DNA of 64,000 nt from a virus, in the IMG/VR virus record IMGVR_UViG_3300012000_000002, positions 32,001 to 96,000 of that record; one strand, given 5' to 3'. Position 1 is the stretch's first letter. Every line of letters starts with the position of its first letter. The position numbers were made by a program, and so were the translations under genes. Shown piece after piece: positions 8,307 through 17,515 of this stretch. The notes below the pieces were generated by a model. The model was not told the origin of the DNA. It ran no database searches and saw nothing but the letters and a program-made list of their open reading frames with translations.

Positions 8307-9686
8307 ATGCAACACAACACTTTTATCGAGAAAAATAACACACAAAAAAACTTGGCTTTGTGCCTTGAAAAACTAGAAACAAACTTAGACAAAATATCTT
8401 TGGCTATTTCAACCGAAAACAAAACCTATCTGCAAAAAGATTCATATCAACTTATCGCAAAACTACTAACACCAAAAAACTCTTGGGAACGAATGCTATA
8501 CCAAGAGTTAATCCAAACATGCTATCAACTAGAACTTAAATGCCATAACACAAGCAACTTGTTTCTTCGATCATTTATCTCTCATGCTTATAACCACATA
8601 AAGAATGAAAATCAAACTCATAAGAGTGTTGTGGAACATAACCAAATAGAAGGAAGCAAGTACCTTCAAAACATATTGCAAAAATGTTATCCAGCAAGTC
8701 CAAGTCAAATCGATTGTATAATCAATGAGATAACCAATGACAAACATATGGCGGTAGCGGTTAAAGAAGCAATAAAGCTAGCTGGTATTGAAGGTAACAT
8801 ATTGCTAGAAGAACACGATCAAGCAAACACAATTGTTGAGCTTCAGTTTGGATATAACTTTAAAGTGTATCCGTTCAAAGGGTTTATTCCTCAGTTTGGT
8901 ACTTGGGCAAGAAACAACACAAAGGTTTTACTTGTTGATGGTATGATTGAAAAAGTTTCTGAGCTAGACAAGGTGTTAACAAAAAGCTTTGAAACAAAAA
9001 CACCAATGGTATTGATTGCTCAAGGATTCTCTGAAGAAGTTATTGCTACTCTTCATGCAAACAACAATAGGGGTAGCTTTGATATCATGCCTATCAGGTT
9101 AGAGCAATCGTTGGAAGCGTTAAACATGCTTAACGACATTGCTGTTGTTTCTGGATGTGATGTTGTTTCAACTTTAAAGGGTGAGTTACTTACATATGTT
9201 AACTACGATTCACTCCCAGTTGTGGACAAAGTATCGTTAACCGAAAAAGTTATTACCATTCATAACAACAACACAAGAGGAAATGTTATCGCTCATTTAA
9301 ACTACTTGAGCAATCGTCGTAAAGATCAAGCTGAAGGCGCATCTGTTTCTGACCTTGCAGATCTTACAACAAAACGAATTCAAAACCTTCTTGCTCACAT
9401 TGTTAAGATTAACATTCCAAAGGGGTCAGCAAACCGTTTTAAAGGCCCAATAGACAACGCTATTAGGGCTTGTAGGACTGCCTATACCTATGGCTTTTGC
9501 AAGCCATTAGAAATCGATTTAGAAGGCTTGGCAACGGATTGGAAACAAGCGCACAACCATATGCTTAACAACACAAAAAATAAAGATGTGTCAAGTATTG
9601 GTTTATATCTTGCGGCGATGTATGGAGCAAGTTTAGCTGGAAGTTACTTTACAGCTTCTGGAGCTGTTATATCAGCTACGGAGTAA
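8307..9686 (+). CDS. Divergent GroEL-like chaperonin paralog lacking ATP-binding motifs
   Basis: Intermediate/apical segments align with GroEL (EAIKLAGIEGNILLEE; KVLLVDGMIEKVSEL; PMVLIAQGFSEEVIATLHAN; MLNDIAVVSG). GDGTTT is replaced by CHNTSN. Confidence 0.7.
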   Translation: MQHNTFIEKNNTQKNLALCLEKLETNLDKISLAISTENKTYLQKDSYQLIAKLLTPKNSWERMLYQELIQTCYQLELKCHNTSNLFLRSFISHAYNHIKNENQTHKSVVEHNQIEGSKYLQNILQKCYPASPSQIDCIINEITNDKHMAVAVKEAIKLAGIEGNILLEEHDQANTIVELQFGYNFKVYPFKGFIPQFGTWARNNTKVLLVDGMIEKVSELDKVLTKSFETKTPMVLIAQGFSEEVIATLHANNNRGSFDIMPIRLEQSLEALNMLNDIAVVSGCDVVSTLKGELLTYVNYDSLPVVDKVSLTEKVITIHNNNTRGNVIAHLNYLSNRRKDQAEGASVSDLADLTTKRIQNLLAHIVKINIPKGSANRFKGPIDNAIRACRTAYTYGFCKPLEIDLEGLATDWKQAHNHMLNNTKNKDVSSIGLYLAAMYGASLAGSYFTASGAVISATE

Positions 9687-10268
9687 TGTTGTAGCTAGTT
9701 GATTGTGTGTTTCGTTTGAAACATATAGACGCATTGATGGAACGCTTTCGCACAAAGCTTTGAGATCTTTCAAAGAAAGTTTTACAAGTTCTTTGGCTAG
9801 CATGTTGACTACTGGTTGAACGTTACCTTCCATAAGTTTATACGCTTGTGATTTCTTAACGCAAAACTCTAAAAGCTGTACAGCGTCTTTACCGTATACA
9901 CCATACATTGTTTTTTCTTGTGAATGTTTTTGGACGGTAAGTTTTACTGCTTCGTTAATGCATTTGTTTAATGACTCGCAGATAAAAGTATAATTCACCA
10001 TTGATGCTTTGATAGCATTTGGTTTAGACTTACCTTCAAGCAAAACGTTAGAATTTTGTTGTACAAACATATGCAACGTTGGAACTTTTGTTTTAAATCT
10101 GTTTGCAACTTCTTCTAATTGTTCGATTTTAGCTGCTGTATTAACTGCTTCAGTGCTTTCCTTAAGAAAAACGTCAAAAGGATACACGCCTTTTTCCAAA
10201 AGCTTTACTCTTGCTTCCATAAGACGATTTGATTGGTATTGATTATAAGCTTGCTTTAATGTTGCCAT
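9672..10268 (-). CDS. Hypothetical protein
   Basis: 198-aa ORF, GGAG SD, TACTTA upstream. Confidence 0.7.
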   Translation of the reverse strand: MATLKQAYNQYQSNRLMEARVKLLEKGVYPFDVFLKESTEAVNTAAKIEQLEEVANRFKTKVPTLHMFVQQNSNVLLEGKSKPNAIKASMVNYTFICESLNKCINEAVKLTVQKHSQEKTMYGVYGKDAVQLLEFCVKKSQAYKLMEGNVQPVVNMLAKELVKLSLKDLKALCESVPSMRLYVSNETHNQLATTLLRS

Positions 10269-10315
10269 GTTTACTCCAGAGTTTGACTATAAGTATCGTG
10301 TTTTAAACAAAACCG

Positions 10316-10343
10316 TTGTAAAATCTTATTTGTGTGTTATCCT
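10316..10343 (+). promoter_or_regulatory. Sigma70-type promoter
   Basis: TTGTAA-16-TATCCT with a TGn extension. Confidence 0.45.
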
Positions 10344-10355
10344 AAAGGTATCAAT

Positions 10356-11048
10356 ATGGAGATCAAGCAAAAAAAATCTATATCACTTGAAGAGCTTATT
10401 GAAATGGATAAGCAACGTCAAGCCGAAGAACAAATAAAAGTTCCTTCCAAGGCTAAAACCTTAAAAGAACAAGAACAAAGTTCAAGTGAAGAAAAAGATT
10501 ATCGAGACAAGTATTATTTGCCTGTATTGAACATTAATCAAAATCATGAATGGGAAAGCAAACCAAAGGAAGAACGTAAACATTTTACGGATGAAGTTGC
10601 AGTTGCAACTTGTCTTGGAAACTGTTGTGGTGTGCCGGGTCTAAAAGGTGCATGTTGTCATTTAGATCCGTTAGATTTAGAACACGTACTTGGTCCCGTT
10701 GACGAAGAATGGATCAAGGATATTGTAAAATGGTTTCGAAAAAAGGGAGTAAACTTTTCCAGACAAGACATTGTAATCGATTATGAAGAAGGCGTTGTTA
10801 TTGGTGACACATTGTTTAAGGATGCACCAAACAACGCTGTGTTTAAAGACAAGAAAGCTTATCCTTTTTTGAGGTTTCAAGTTCTTGGACCAAGGTATGT
10901 TTGCAAATTCATGAATCCAACAACTTATAAGTGTACCATATACGAAGCAAGACCTAATATGTGTAGAACATACTATTGCAATTATATTCAAACAAACTTT
11001 CTTGTAAAAACCAAAGATAAGCCAAACACATGGCGAAAAATGAGATAA
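10356..11048 (+). CDS. YkgJ/FliB-like CxxCxxCC Zn/Fe-S-binding protein
   Basis: CLGNCC..GACC..; C.F....KCTIYEARP.MCR.YYC. The start is placed at the ATG at 10356. Confidence 0.75.
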   Translation: MEIKQKKSISLEELIEMDKQRQAEEQIKVPSKAKTLKEQEQSSSEEKDYRDKYYLPVLNINQNHEWESKPKEERKHFTDEVAVATCLGNCCGVPGLKGACCHLDPLDLEHVLGPVDEEWIKDIVKWFRKKGVNFSRQDIVIDYEEGVVIGDTLFKDAPNNAVFKDKKAYPFLRFQVLGPRYVCKFMNPTTYKCTIYEARPNMCRTYYCNYIQTNFLVKTKDKPNTWRKMR

Positions 11049-11060
11049 AGGATAACAAAC

Positions 11061-11546
11061 ATGAAAAACTGGAAAGACGCTGATGGAACCGTTGTTAGTA
11101 ACGATCATATGATTGATTGGGTTAAGCAAAACTGTCCCTTGTACAAACAAGATTATGAATTGATTGTAGGTGTTGATTCACATCTTCACGGCAACCAATA
11201 TAAATTCGTTGCGGTTGTTTGCGTGTATTACAAAGGTCGTGGAGGGTTTTACTACTACACAACCTCGGAACAAAATCGTAGAGAGTTTAAAGGCATATAC
11301 CCAGCAAGAGTAAAAGCTCGTATGTTTCATGAAACAAGTATTGCTATCGAGCTAGCTACCGAGATTCAAGAAAAAACAGGTAAAACTCCAGTTATTCATA
11401 TTGATGCTTCACCACCGAACGCTGGTGAAGTTACAAGCTTGTTTTCCGATCAACTAAAAGGTTATGTGGTTGCTTCTGGTTTTGAAGCAGTGCTTAAGCC
11501 TTGGAGTTTTGTTTCTTCTGGTATTGCAAATAAGCACAGCAAGTAA
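11061..11546 (+). CDS. YkuK-family RNase H-like protein
   Basis: LIVGVDS; GRGG.YY; R...E...; IHIDA; KGYV...GF...LKP.SF.SS.IANKH. Confidence 0.8.
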   Translation: MKNWKDADGTVVSNDHMIDWVKQNCPLYKQDYELIVGVDSHLHGNQYKFVAVVCVYYKGRGGFYYYTTSEQNRREFKGIYPARVKARMFHETSIAIELATEIQEKTGKTPVIHIDASPPNAGEVTSLFSDQLKGYVVASGFEAVLKPWSFVSSGIANKHSK

Positions 11547-11592
11547 TACATTATTTGCAATTCTTAAAAAGAATAACAACACGGAGAAAAAT

Positions 11593-11919
11593 ATGACTGA
11601 CGAAAATCGAGTAAAGCTAGATACGGCTATTGAAAAAGAAGTACACAAACTAGTTCATTCAATATCTGAAGGAGTGTATGACAGAGTACAACTTCAAGCA
11701 CGTAAACAAAATCTACCTATTGAACCAGAAGTTCTAACTCATATTCTTAAGATGGTACAAATTTCTATCACAGAGTTCGAATTCAAAAACATTGATAGGT
11801 TTCACGCAAACATCAAACAAAAACTTGATGATTATGTAGGCGAAGAAAACCCTACCGATCTGTTGACTACAACCGAGTCAACAACAAAAAAAGTCCGAGC
11901 AAAATCAGCTATAGCGTGA
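11593..11919 (+). CDS. Hypothetical protein
   Basis: ATG at 11593 preceded by GGAG. Confidence 0.65.
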   Translation: MTDENRVKLDTAIEKEVHKLVHSISEGVYDRVQLQARKQNLPIEPEVLTHILKMVQISITEFEFKNIDRFHANIKQKLDDYVGEENPTDLLTTTESTTKKVRAKSAIA

Positions 11920-11961
11920 TAGCTGGTTTGTTGTTAACAATTATAACAGTGCTTGTACGCT

Positions 11962-12420
11962 ATGCTTGAATCAATCAAACATCTAATAACTTGCAACTGT
12001 GTTTTGCGTCAATATCAAGAAGTCGAACCAACAGTTTTTCATCAGTTTGTTGTGTTTTCTGTTATCAATCAAGACGGCAGCATTAAACCGTCATATGCGA
12101 AATGTAACAACTGCGGTGCTATTCACAAAGTAACCGAAGTTAATGTTTCAGAACGCTTGAAAAAAGAAGACAGCCCATTGGTACCAGACGTAGAAGAAAT
12201 AAAATCAACGTTGCCAAAAAAGCTTGTTAGCTTGCTAGCAAAATACGATTTAGCACTACCAACTTGGCAAGAAATCAAATTCAATCACGAAAATCAAAAA
12301 TGGGATCGTCCTGTGATTTTATATCGTGAAAAACAAGGCGAAGAATACCAAGGGAAATATCTTCTTATGGCAGGTAAAACTCTTTGGAAGATTGAATCGT
12401 TTTCAACGGAGGAACTATGA
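11962..12420 (+). CDS. Hypothetical protein with Cys pairs (CxC, CxxC)
   Basis: ITCNC and KCNNCG suggest a Zn ribbon. Confidence 0.6.
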   Translation: MLESIKHLITCNCVLRQYQEVEPTVFHQFVVFSVINQDGSIKPSYAKCNNCGAIHKVTEVNVSERLKKEDSPLVPDVEEIKSTLPKKLVSLLAKYDLALPTWQEIKFNHENQKWDRPVILYREKQGEEYQGKYLLMAGKTLWKIESFSTEEL

Positions 12421-12734
12421 GCGAAGAAAACACAATGCTTACAGATGAATCTGAAGCTAAAGAAGGCGAAGCCTACGTTATTCCAAACTATGTAGAAACA
12501 AAGCTTTCAAAAGAAAAACGTATGGAATGTCGAGGTATTGTAAAAACAATCAATCAATACGGCGTATCCCAACGTATGAAGCTTTATCTCATATATCTTC
12601 TTGCGCTGGAACTTGAAAATCGTGATTCAATGATGAAGATAGCTAAAATCGTCGGTGAATGCAAAGATGCAATCGAAGATAGCAAGCTCATTGTTGATAA
12701 CAAAGAACCTGCCAAAAAACTAATTCTTGGCTAA
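12417..12734 (+). CDS. Hypothetical protein
   Basis: ATGA overlap with the upstream gene; GGAGG SD. Confidence 0.65.
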   Translation: MSEENTMLTDESEAKEGEAYVIPNYVETKLSKEKRMECRGIVKTINQYGVSQRMKLYLIYLLALELENRDSMMKIAKIVGECKDAIEDSKLIVDNKEPAKKLILG

Positions 12735-13495
12735 AGCTTTATAGCCAGTGGGCATCCTTTGTCCTCCCATTGCTTAAGCAATAAACCTAATGTTTCGAAG
12801 TTTGGCTTTTCATCTTTTACAAGATTATAACCATTTTGAAAAGCCAAACAAGCTGTTGAGCTTTTCGTGCCCCAAGATGCGTCAACTTTTACTCCAAGTA
12901 AATGTTGTGCAACAATAACTTGACAACGATATACAACCTTTTTCCATGACTCAACGCTTTTATCTGGGCTAGCTTGAGTTACTGGTCCCTTATACCCAGC
13001 TAAACACAACTCCAGAAACCAACTTGAATTCGGTTTCCAAAAAGCTTCACCTGTTTTGTTATAACGTTTATCTTTTAGATTTGGAACCGAAGGAACAAAT
13101 CGTTCCACCCATTCACGATAAAAGTGCAACGGTTCCACATATCCACGGTAATAAACAATTGCCTCATCGCCAGAAGCAACGTGTCCTTCGTCTTGGTACC
13201 AAGGAGCACTAACCTTGTAATGCTTTTTATATGAGTCCGCATAAGCTTTGTTGATTTTCCAACCACCAAAGTTATAGCCGTTCCAATATTTACCCCATCC
13301 AGTTTCAGAAACAAAGTTTCCAATAATCCAAAATATTTGTTCGGTTGTTAGCGATGAATTACATTTGCGTAAAGACTTATAAGAGCAAAGAATAAACACA
13401 ACACTTTTTGTGAGATCGTCCAGCTTTTTGTAAGCTTCTGGTTGTTGATTGTTCTTTATTTCTGTAGTTGGATCTAGCCAAGATGGTAAAGGCAT
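12731..13495 (-). CDS. GH73/FlgJ-like peptidoglycan hydrolase with C-terminal PG-binding domain
   Basis: FVSETGWG (catalytic Glu) ...YNFGGWK...YYRGY; C-terminal LLGVKVDASWG.KS..A..AFQ. Confidence 0.65.
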   Translation of the reverse strand: MPLPSWLDPTTEIKNNQQPEAYKKLDDLTKSVVFILCSYKSLRKCNSSLTTEQIFWIIGNFVSETGWGKYWNGYNFGGWKINKAYADSYKKHYKVSAPWYQDEGHVASGDEAIVYYRGYVEPLHFYREWVERFVPSVPNLKDKRYNKTGEAFWKPNSSWFLELCLAGYKGPVTQASPDKSVESWKKVVYRCQVIVAQHLLGVKVDASWGTKSSTACLAFQNGYNLVKDEKPNFETLGLLLKQWEDKGCPLAIKL

Positions 13496-13498
13496 GAT

Positions 13499-13735
13499 TT
13501 ATTTCTCCACGGCAACAAGACGTTTTTCTGAACCGTTCTCTTTGATAACTACAACTCCACTAAAAGAGTTATGACTATAGTTTTCGGTATATACTCCTCC
13601 AAGTGTTTGCTTGTCTAGCTTTGTTTGAGTGTTGCCTGTGTTGTCTTGAAAATGAACAAAATGGCTTATAACTTCTTGGTAATAACCATCTTTGCGCTTG
13701 TGATAACTTTTTTCAATACTTGGCCAGATTTTCAT
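13499..13735 (-). CDS. Hypothetical protein
   Basis: ATG at 13735 with AAGGAG SD. Confidence 0.6.
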   Translation of the reverse strand: MKIWPSIEKSYHKRKDGYYQEVISHFVHFQDNTGNTQTKLDKQTLGGVYTENYSHNSFSGVVVIKENGSEKRLVAVEK

Positions 13736-13790
13736 GTTAACACTCCTTTGATATAAGATTACTATGTATAGTGTAAGGTGTTTTGTCAAT

Positions 13791-14855
13791 ATGATCCTAC
13801 TTGAAGATCTTTTATACGAAGAATATGAGAACGAAGGAGCTGGATACGAAGCGCAAGTTATAACTGCTCTTGTGGCAGCGGGGATGAGTCCTAAAACGAT
13901 TATAGGTGCTGGCTCTGATCGTCATAGTGTTGATGCTGAATTCTCATTAAAGGATGGCGACGGTAACGTTGTTGGCCCATATCGATTAGAAATCAAGAAA
14001 GATTTTAAAGCACAACTTGGTGGAAGTAGCTGGGATATAAGCGATCCAAACAACATACGCTTTCTGTCTGATCTTGGCACAAGCAGAGCAATGCTTAAGG
14101 CGCATGATGAAATGAAAGCGGTTCTTGAAGCTGCTCTTGGAACCGGTGGAGCTTTAAAACGTTTGCGGCGATTTCTTAAAAACTTTAAAGCAGGTGCTTA
14201 TGTTGTAAAAGGTAAAAAGTTTAAAGAAACAAAAGAAGGTGAAGCTTACAACCTTGCAGGAGATGGTTTGAAATGCACACGCTTGGCATGGGCAGCAGCG
14301 CAAGAACGAGGTTTGCTTGAAGCATTAAACATAAACGTTCTTGCTCATTCAAAGTTCATGACAACTCTATATTCACAAAAAGGTATATATTACGCACAAA
14401 TTGGTGGTAGAGAAAACGATCACCGAGGATTTTATATTCTTGGTGCTGATCCAGCTAACCTTGCCGCTATTGGTGTTCCTCGTCTATCAACCCTAGCTTC
14501 AAAAAACAAGTTCTTTGTTGAAATGAGAGCCACGCCGGGAGGAAGCGGAACATATCTTTATCTACGTATTCGTTGTCAGGGAAGATTGCATATATCAACA
14601 CCTATTCCAGAAGACTATTCACCTTTCACAGTAGACACACCAGCAGGTGCCAAACATCTCATGAGAACTTATATGGATATATCACCACCAAAAAGAAAAA
14701 GACTGCAAACAGAAGCAAAAGAAACTACATCTTCTGACGTAACCATTGACAGCATCGTGCAATCAGATGAACCAATAGAAGATGCCGAAGTATATACACC
14801 AGACAACGTTGACCTTGATTGGCTATCTCAAGGTGGCTACGAACCAATCACTTAA
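13791..14855 (+). CDS. Putative PD-(D/E)xK-fold nuclease
   Basis: G..YE..V helix, VD and LEIKK motifs; acidic C-terminal tail. Confidence 0.45.
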   Translation: MILLEDLLYEEYENEGAGYEAQVITALVAAGMSPKTIIGAGSDRHSVDAEFSLKDGDGNVVGPYRLEIKKDFKAQLGGSSWDISDPNNIRFLSDLGTSRAMLKAHDEMKAVLEAALGTGGALKRLRRFLKNFKAGAYVVKGKKFKETKEGEAYNLAGDGLKCTRLAWAAAQERGLLEALNINVLAHSKFMTTLYSQKGIYYAQIGGRENDHRGFYILGADPANLAAIGVPRLSTLASKNKFFVEMRATPGGSGTYLYLRIRCQGRLHISTPIPEDYSPFTVDTPAGAKHLMRTYMDISPPKRKRLQTEAKETTSSDVTIDSIVQSDEPIEDAEVYTPDNVDLDWLSQGGYEPIT

Positions 14856-15663
14856 TCAATAAATCGATAGGACGGGAAACCCACATACCATGAAGGTTAC
14901 CGTTCGCTTTTAAAGCTCTTACAGTGGCAGGACCGGGAATACCATCACAATCCTTGTCAGAGAATCCTAAAACCTTCTGACGGACCTTCCAAGTGGCTTT
15001 ATCGTCATCATTGTCGAATGAGTAAGTTTCGTATCCAGCTTTCTTTAAAGCTTGTTGAAGATATGGACCGGGATCGCCATATCCACGATTTGTTGTTTGA
15101 TGATAATGAGCATAAACACCAACAACATCTTTACCATTGTTGCTGCCAGCGATACGTTTAACAACACCTTTTGGTGGACAATCGTTTTTCATATCCCAAG
15201 GTATTTGACGTTGGATTCCCAATTTAGCTGTTAGAAAATCAATAAACTCTACAGCTTTAGCAATTTGTTCTTCGTACAAATCACCATTATCATGTTGTAC
15301 TAACTCAAACCCACAAGTAAACGGATTGACACTTGATGCTTGCCATGTATAGAATTTTGTTGGATCGTTTTGAACCAACCATTCTCCGTTTAAATCACAG
15401 GTAAAGTCCCATGAAACTTGTCTTGTTGTGTTAACTTGATATTTTGCTTGAGCAATATCAATACTTGTGTTTGGTCCCAAACCGGGAAGAAGCTTGCCAA
15501 GTTTACCGTGAATGGTATGACAAACAATTGAACGTAACCACAAGCTTCTTGAATTTTTATTTGTTACTTCTTTTAATCCAAGTGTTTTAGCTTCTGGGTC
15601 TTGCCAAGAAATTGTTTTAACACCGGGGATATCGAACTTTTGCTCGTTAAGGATAATAGACAT
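14848..15663 (-). CDS. Endolysin: Zn N-acetylmuramoyl-L-alanine amidase with C-terminal PG-binding motif
   Basis: IVCHT; WQAS.VN..TCGFE; GVYAH....DPG; DGIPGPAT. Confidence 0.85.
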   Translation of the reverse strand: MSIILNEQKFDIPGVKTISWQDPEAKTLGLKEVTNKNSRSLWLRSIVCHTIHGKLGKLLPGLGPNTSIDIAQAKYQVNTTRQVSWDFTCDLNGEWLVQNDPTKFYTWQASSVNPFTCGFELVQHDNGDLYEEQIAKAVEFIDFLTAKLGIQRQIPWDMKNDCPPKGVVKRIAGSNNGKDVVGVYAHYHQTTNRGYGDPGPYLQQALKKAGYETYSFDNDDDKATWKVRQKVLGFSDKDCDGIPGPATVRALKANGNLHGMWVSRPIDLLIK

Positions 15664-15667
15664 AAGA

Positions 15668-15700
15668 AAACCTCCTATAGCGTTAACTAGTAGGAGGTTT
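15668..15700 (-). promoter_or_regulatory. SD-sequestering hairpin with a late-promoter motif in the loop (endolysin control)
   Basis: AAACCTCCTA/TAGGAGGTTT 10-bp stem; the AGGAGG SD is in the 3' arm, 7 nt from the ATG; TAGTTA (15684-15689) in the loop. Confidence 0.75.
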
Positions 15701-15724
15701 CTATATTAACGATAGTGGTAATTA

Positions 15725-16153
15725 TCAAGTACCAGAGAATGATAGAGAGCCGCTCCTGCCGATAACGAGAAAGCTCTTACCATCTGAAATAAGTGATACC
15801 GAGCTACCGATTACGTTTGCAACAGCCACTTTTGAACCGTTTCCTGTTCCATCGGTGAAAGCTTTTGTTCCGTTTGCTTCTTGTGAGCAAGTAAGAGCGT
15901 TAGCTTGAGCTGTAACAGAGCGGAATGTGAAAACTGAACCGGGGCAACTTGATGCAAGTGGCATCACATATGTTACAGCGGAACCGCCTGTACCAAAAGT
16001 AAATGCACCAGCTTGAGCTGCTGAAATTGTAGCTGCTGTTGTAAGAGCAATCACTGGAGCTTGTAACCCACTGATTGTTACTGTTCCAGTACCTGCTGGG
16101 TCATTTGTTGATACTACACCTAATGTTGCGTCAATTGTTGTTGTAACTGCCAT
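15725..16153 (-). CDS. Small beta-rich virion protein (putative)
   Basis: 142 aa, Thr/Ala/Gly/Ser-rich; AGGAG SD; TAATTA upstream. Confidence 0.55.
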   Translation of the reverse strand: MAVTTTIDATLGVVSTNDPAGTGTVTISGLQAPVIALTTAATISAAQAGAFTFGTGGSAVTYVMPLASSCPGSVFTFRSVTAQANALTCSQEANGTKAFTDGTGNGSKVAVANVIGSSVSLISDGKSFLVIGRSGSLSFSGT

Positions 16154-16211
16154 TTTAAATTCTCCTACCTTTATTTAGGTTACATTTAATTATGACATGT
16201 CGATTGTTTTA

Positions 16212-16460
16212 TCATTGAGACTCATGCTTTTCTTCTTCGGTACCTGTTGCTGTTTTGTCTTCACTCCATCTACGGCCCCAATACAAAGCAAGAATTGGTG
16301 TAAGATAAGCCATAGCTTCAGAACCAGAAAACGCACGAATTTCAATGTTGCCAATTTTGGCTACAATAGAAACAGTAAGCCAAAGAGTTACAACCACAAA
16401 TGCAATAACCATCATTGTGTATGATGCAGATTTAGTACCTGCTGAATTTTTTAACAACAT
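16212..16460 (-). CDS. Putative holin (2 TM)
   Basis: 82 aa, two hydrophobic helices, charged C-terminus; lies between spanin-like genes and the amidase. Confidence 0.55.
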   Translation of the reverse strand: MLLKNSAGTKSASYTMMVIAFVVVTLWLTVSIVAKIGNIEIRAFSGSEAMAYLTPILALYWGRRWSEDKTATGTEEEKHESQ

Positions 16461-16472
16461 AACTTAGTCTCC

Positions 16473-17090
16473 TTAACGACTAAGTAGGATGATTGCAGCA
16501 GTTGTTCCAGAAGCTAAAGCAATACCACCAACGGTTAAACCAACAACAAACCATACATTACTTGTTGGTGATCTACGCAAAGTTTCTATTGTTGCATCAG
16601 CTTCACGCAAAGCTATGTCTCTTTGATTTACACGGGCTTGATAAGCTGCACGCAACAAACCAAAATCATTTTGTAACAAATTGATATCACGAATAGCATT
16701 TGCACCTATTGTTTCCAATTGAGTGAAGTTGTTTTCGTTTACGGTTCTTATAGCTTGCCTTGTAGACGCATCAATATGAGCCAATGATACATTATTAACA
16801 CACACGCCGGGAAAAGGACCAACAACGTGATTTCTAGGTATTCGTAATATCCCTTCATTGATTTGTGCTCTTGTATACATTTCAATTCCAACAGCTTCTG
16901 CTGGAGCTTGTCTTAACAAAGACCTTGTATCAACTGTGATATCTTGTCTTGGTCTTTGTGGGCGATAACGATTTAAATCAACTTGAGTTAAAGCAACTTC
17001 TGTTTCGTTTGCAAATCTTCTTTGTGTTGAACTAGTTGTTGCATTGCAAGCAGTCAAAGCAAGCAACAAAGCAGAAACAAGTTTTTTCAT
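16473..17090 (-). CDS. Lipoprotein with an additional C-terminal TM (o-/u-spanin-like)
   Basis: MKKLVSALLLALTAC lipobox; coiled coil; VWFVVGLTVGGIALASGTTAAIILL. Confidence 0.6.
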   Translation of the reverse strand: MKKLVSALLLALTACNATTSSTQRRFANETEVALTQVDLNRYRPQRPRQDITVDTRSLLRQAPAEAVGIEMYTRAQINEGILRIPRNHVVGPFPGVCVNNVSLAHIDASTRQAIRTVNENNFTQLETIGANAIRDINLLQNDFGLLRAAYQARVNQRDIALREADATIETLRRSPTSNVWFVVGLTVGGIALASGTTAAIILLSR

Positions 17091-17092
17091 AA

Positions 17093-17515
17093 TCAACCTC
17101 TATCAATTCTTATGCCATAAGTTTCAAACAAACTTTGAGACATTTGTTCGGGGTTGTTTTGATATCTAGCAATCAATTCTTTGATTTCTTTTTCCTTAAG
17201 CTTAAGGATATTTTCCATTTCTTTTTCGTGTCGTTGTTGAATGTCTCTTAAGAGTTGTTGATAATCGGATTCAATCTTTCTGCGCTTGATAATTTCTTGT
17301 TCAATTTGTTGAGCTAGTTCATTAATGTTTCGTTGATTTGCTTCACGGGTTCTTTGTTGTTCGTCAATCATACGATTGATAACATCTTGCTTTTGTTTCA
17401 AAACAACAACAGCGTAAAACAAAACCAAAGCAAAACCAATTTCTAACCAATGGTTTTTTAAGAAAGCTTTTACTTTTTCAAAAAACAACTTAACTTCTAA
17501 TTTTTTCAGTTCCAT
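17093..17515 (-). CDS. i-spanin (Rz-like) candidate
   Basis: N-terminal TM WLEIGFALVLFYAVVVL followed by a long coiled coil; directly upstream of the lipoprotein. Confidence 0.6.
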   Translation of the reverse strand: MELKKLEVKLFFEKVKAFLKNHWLEIGFALVLFYAVVVLKQKQDVINRMIDEQQRTREANQRNINELAQQIEQEIIKRRKIESDYQQLLRDIQQRHEKEMENILKLKEKEIKELIARYQNNPEQMSQSLFETYGIRIDRG

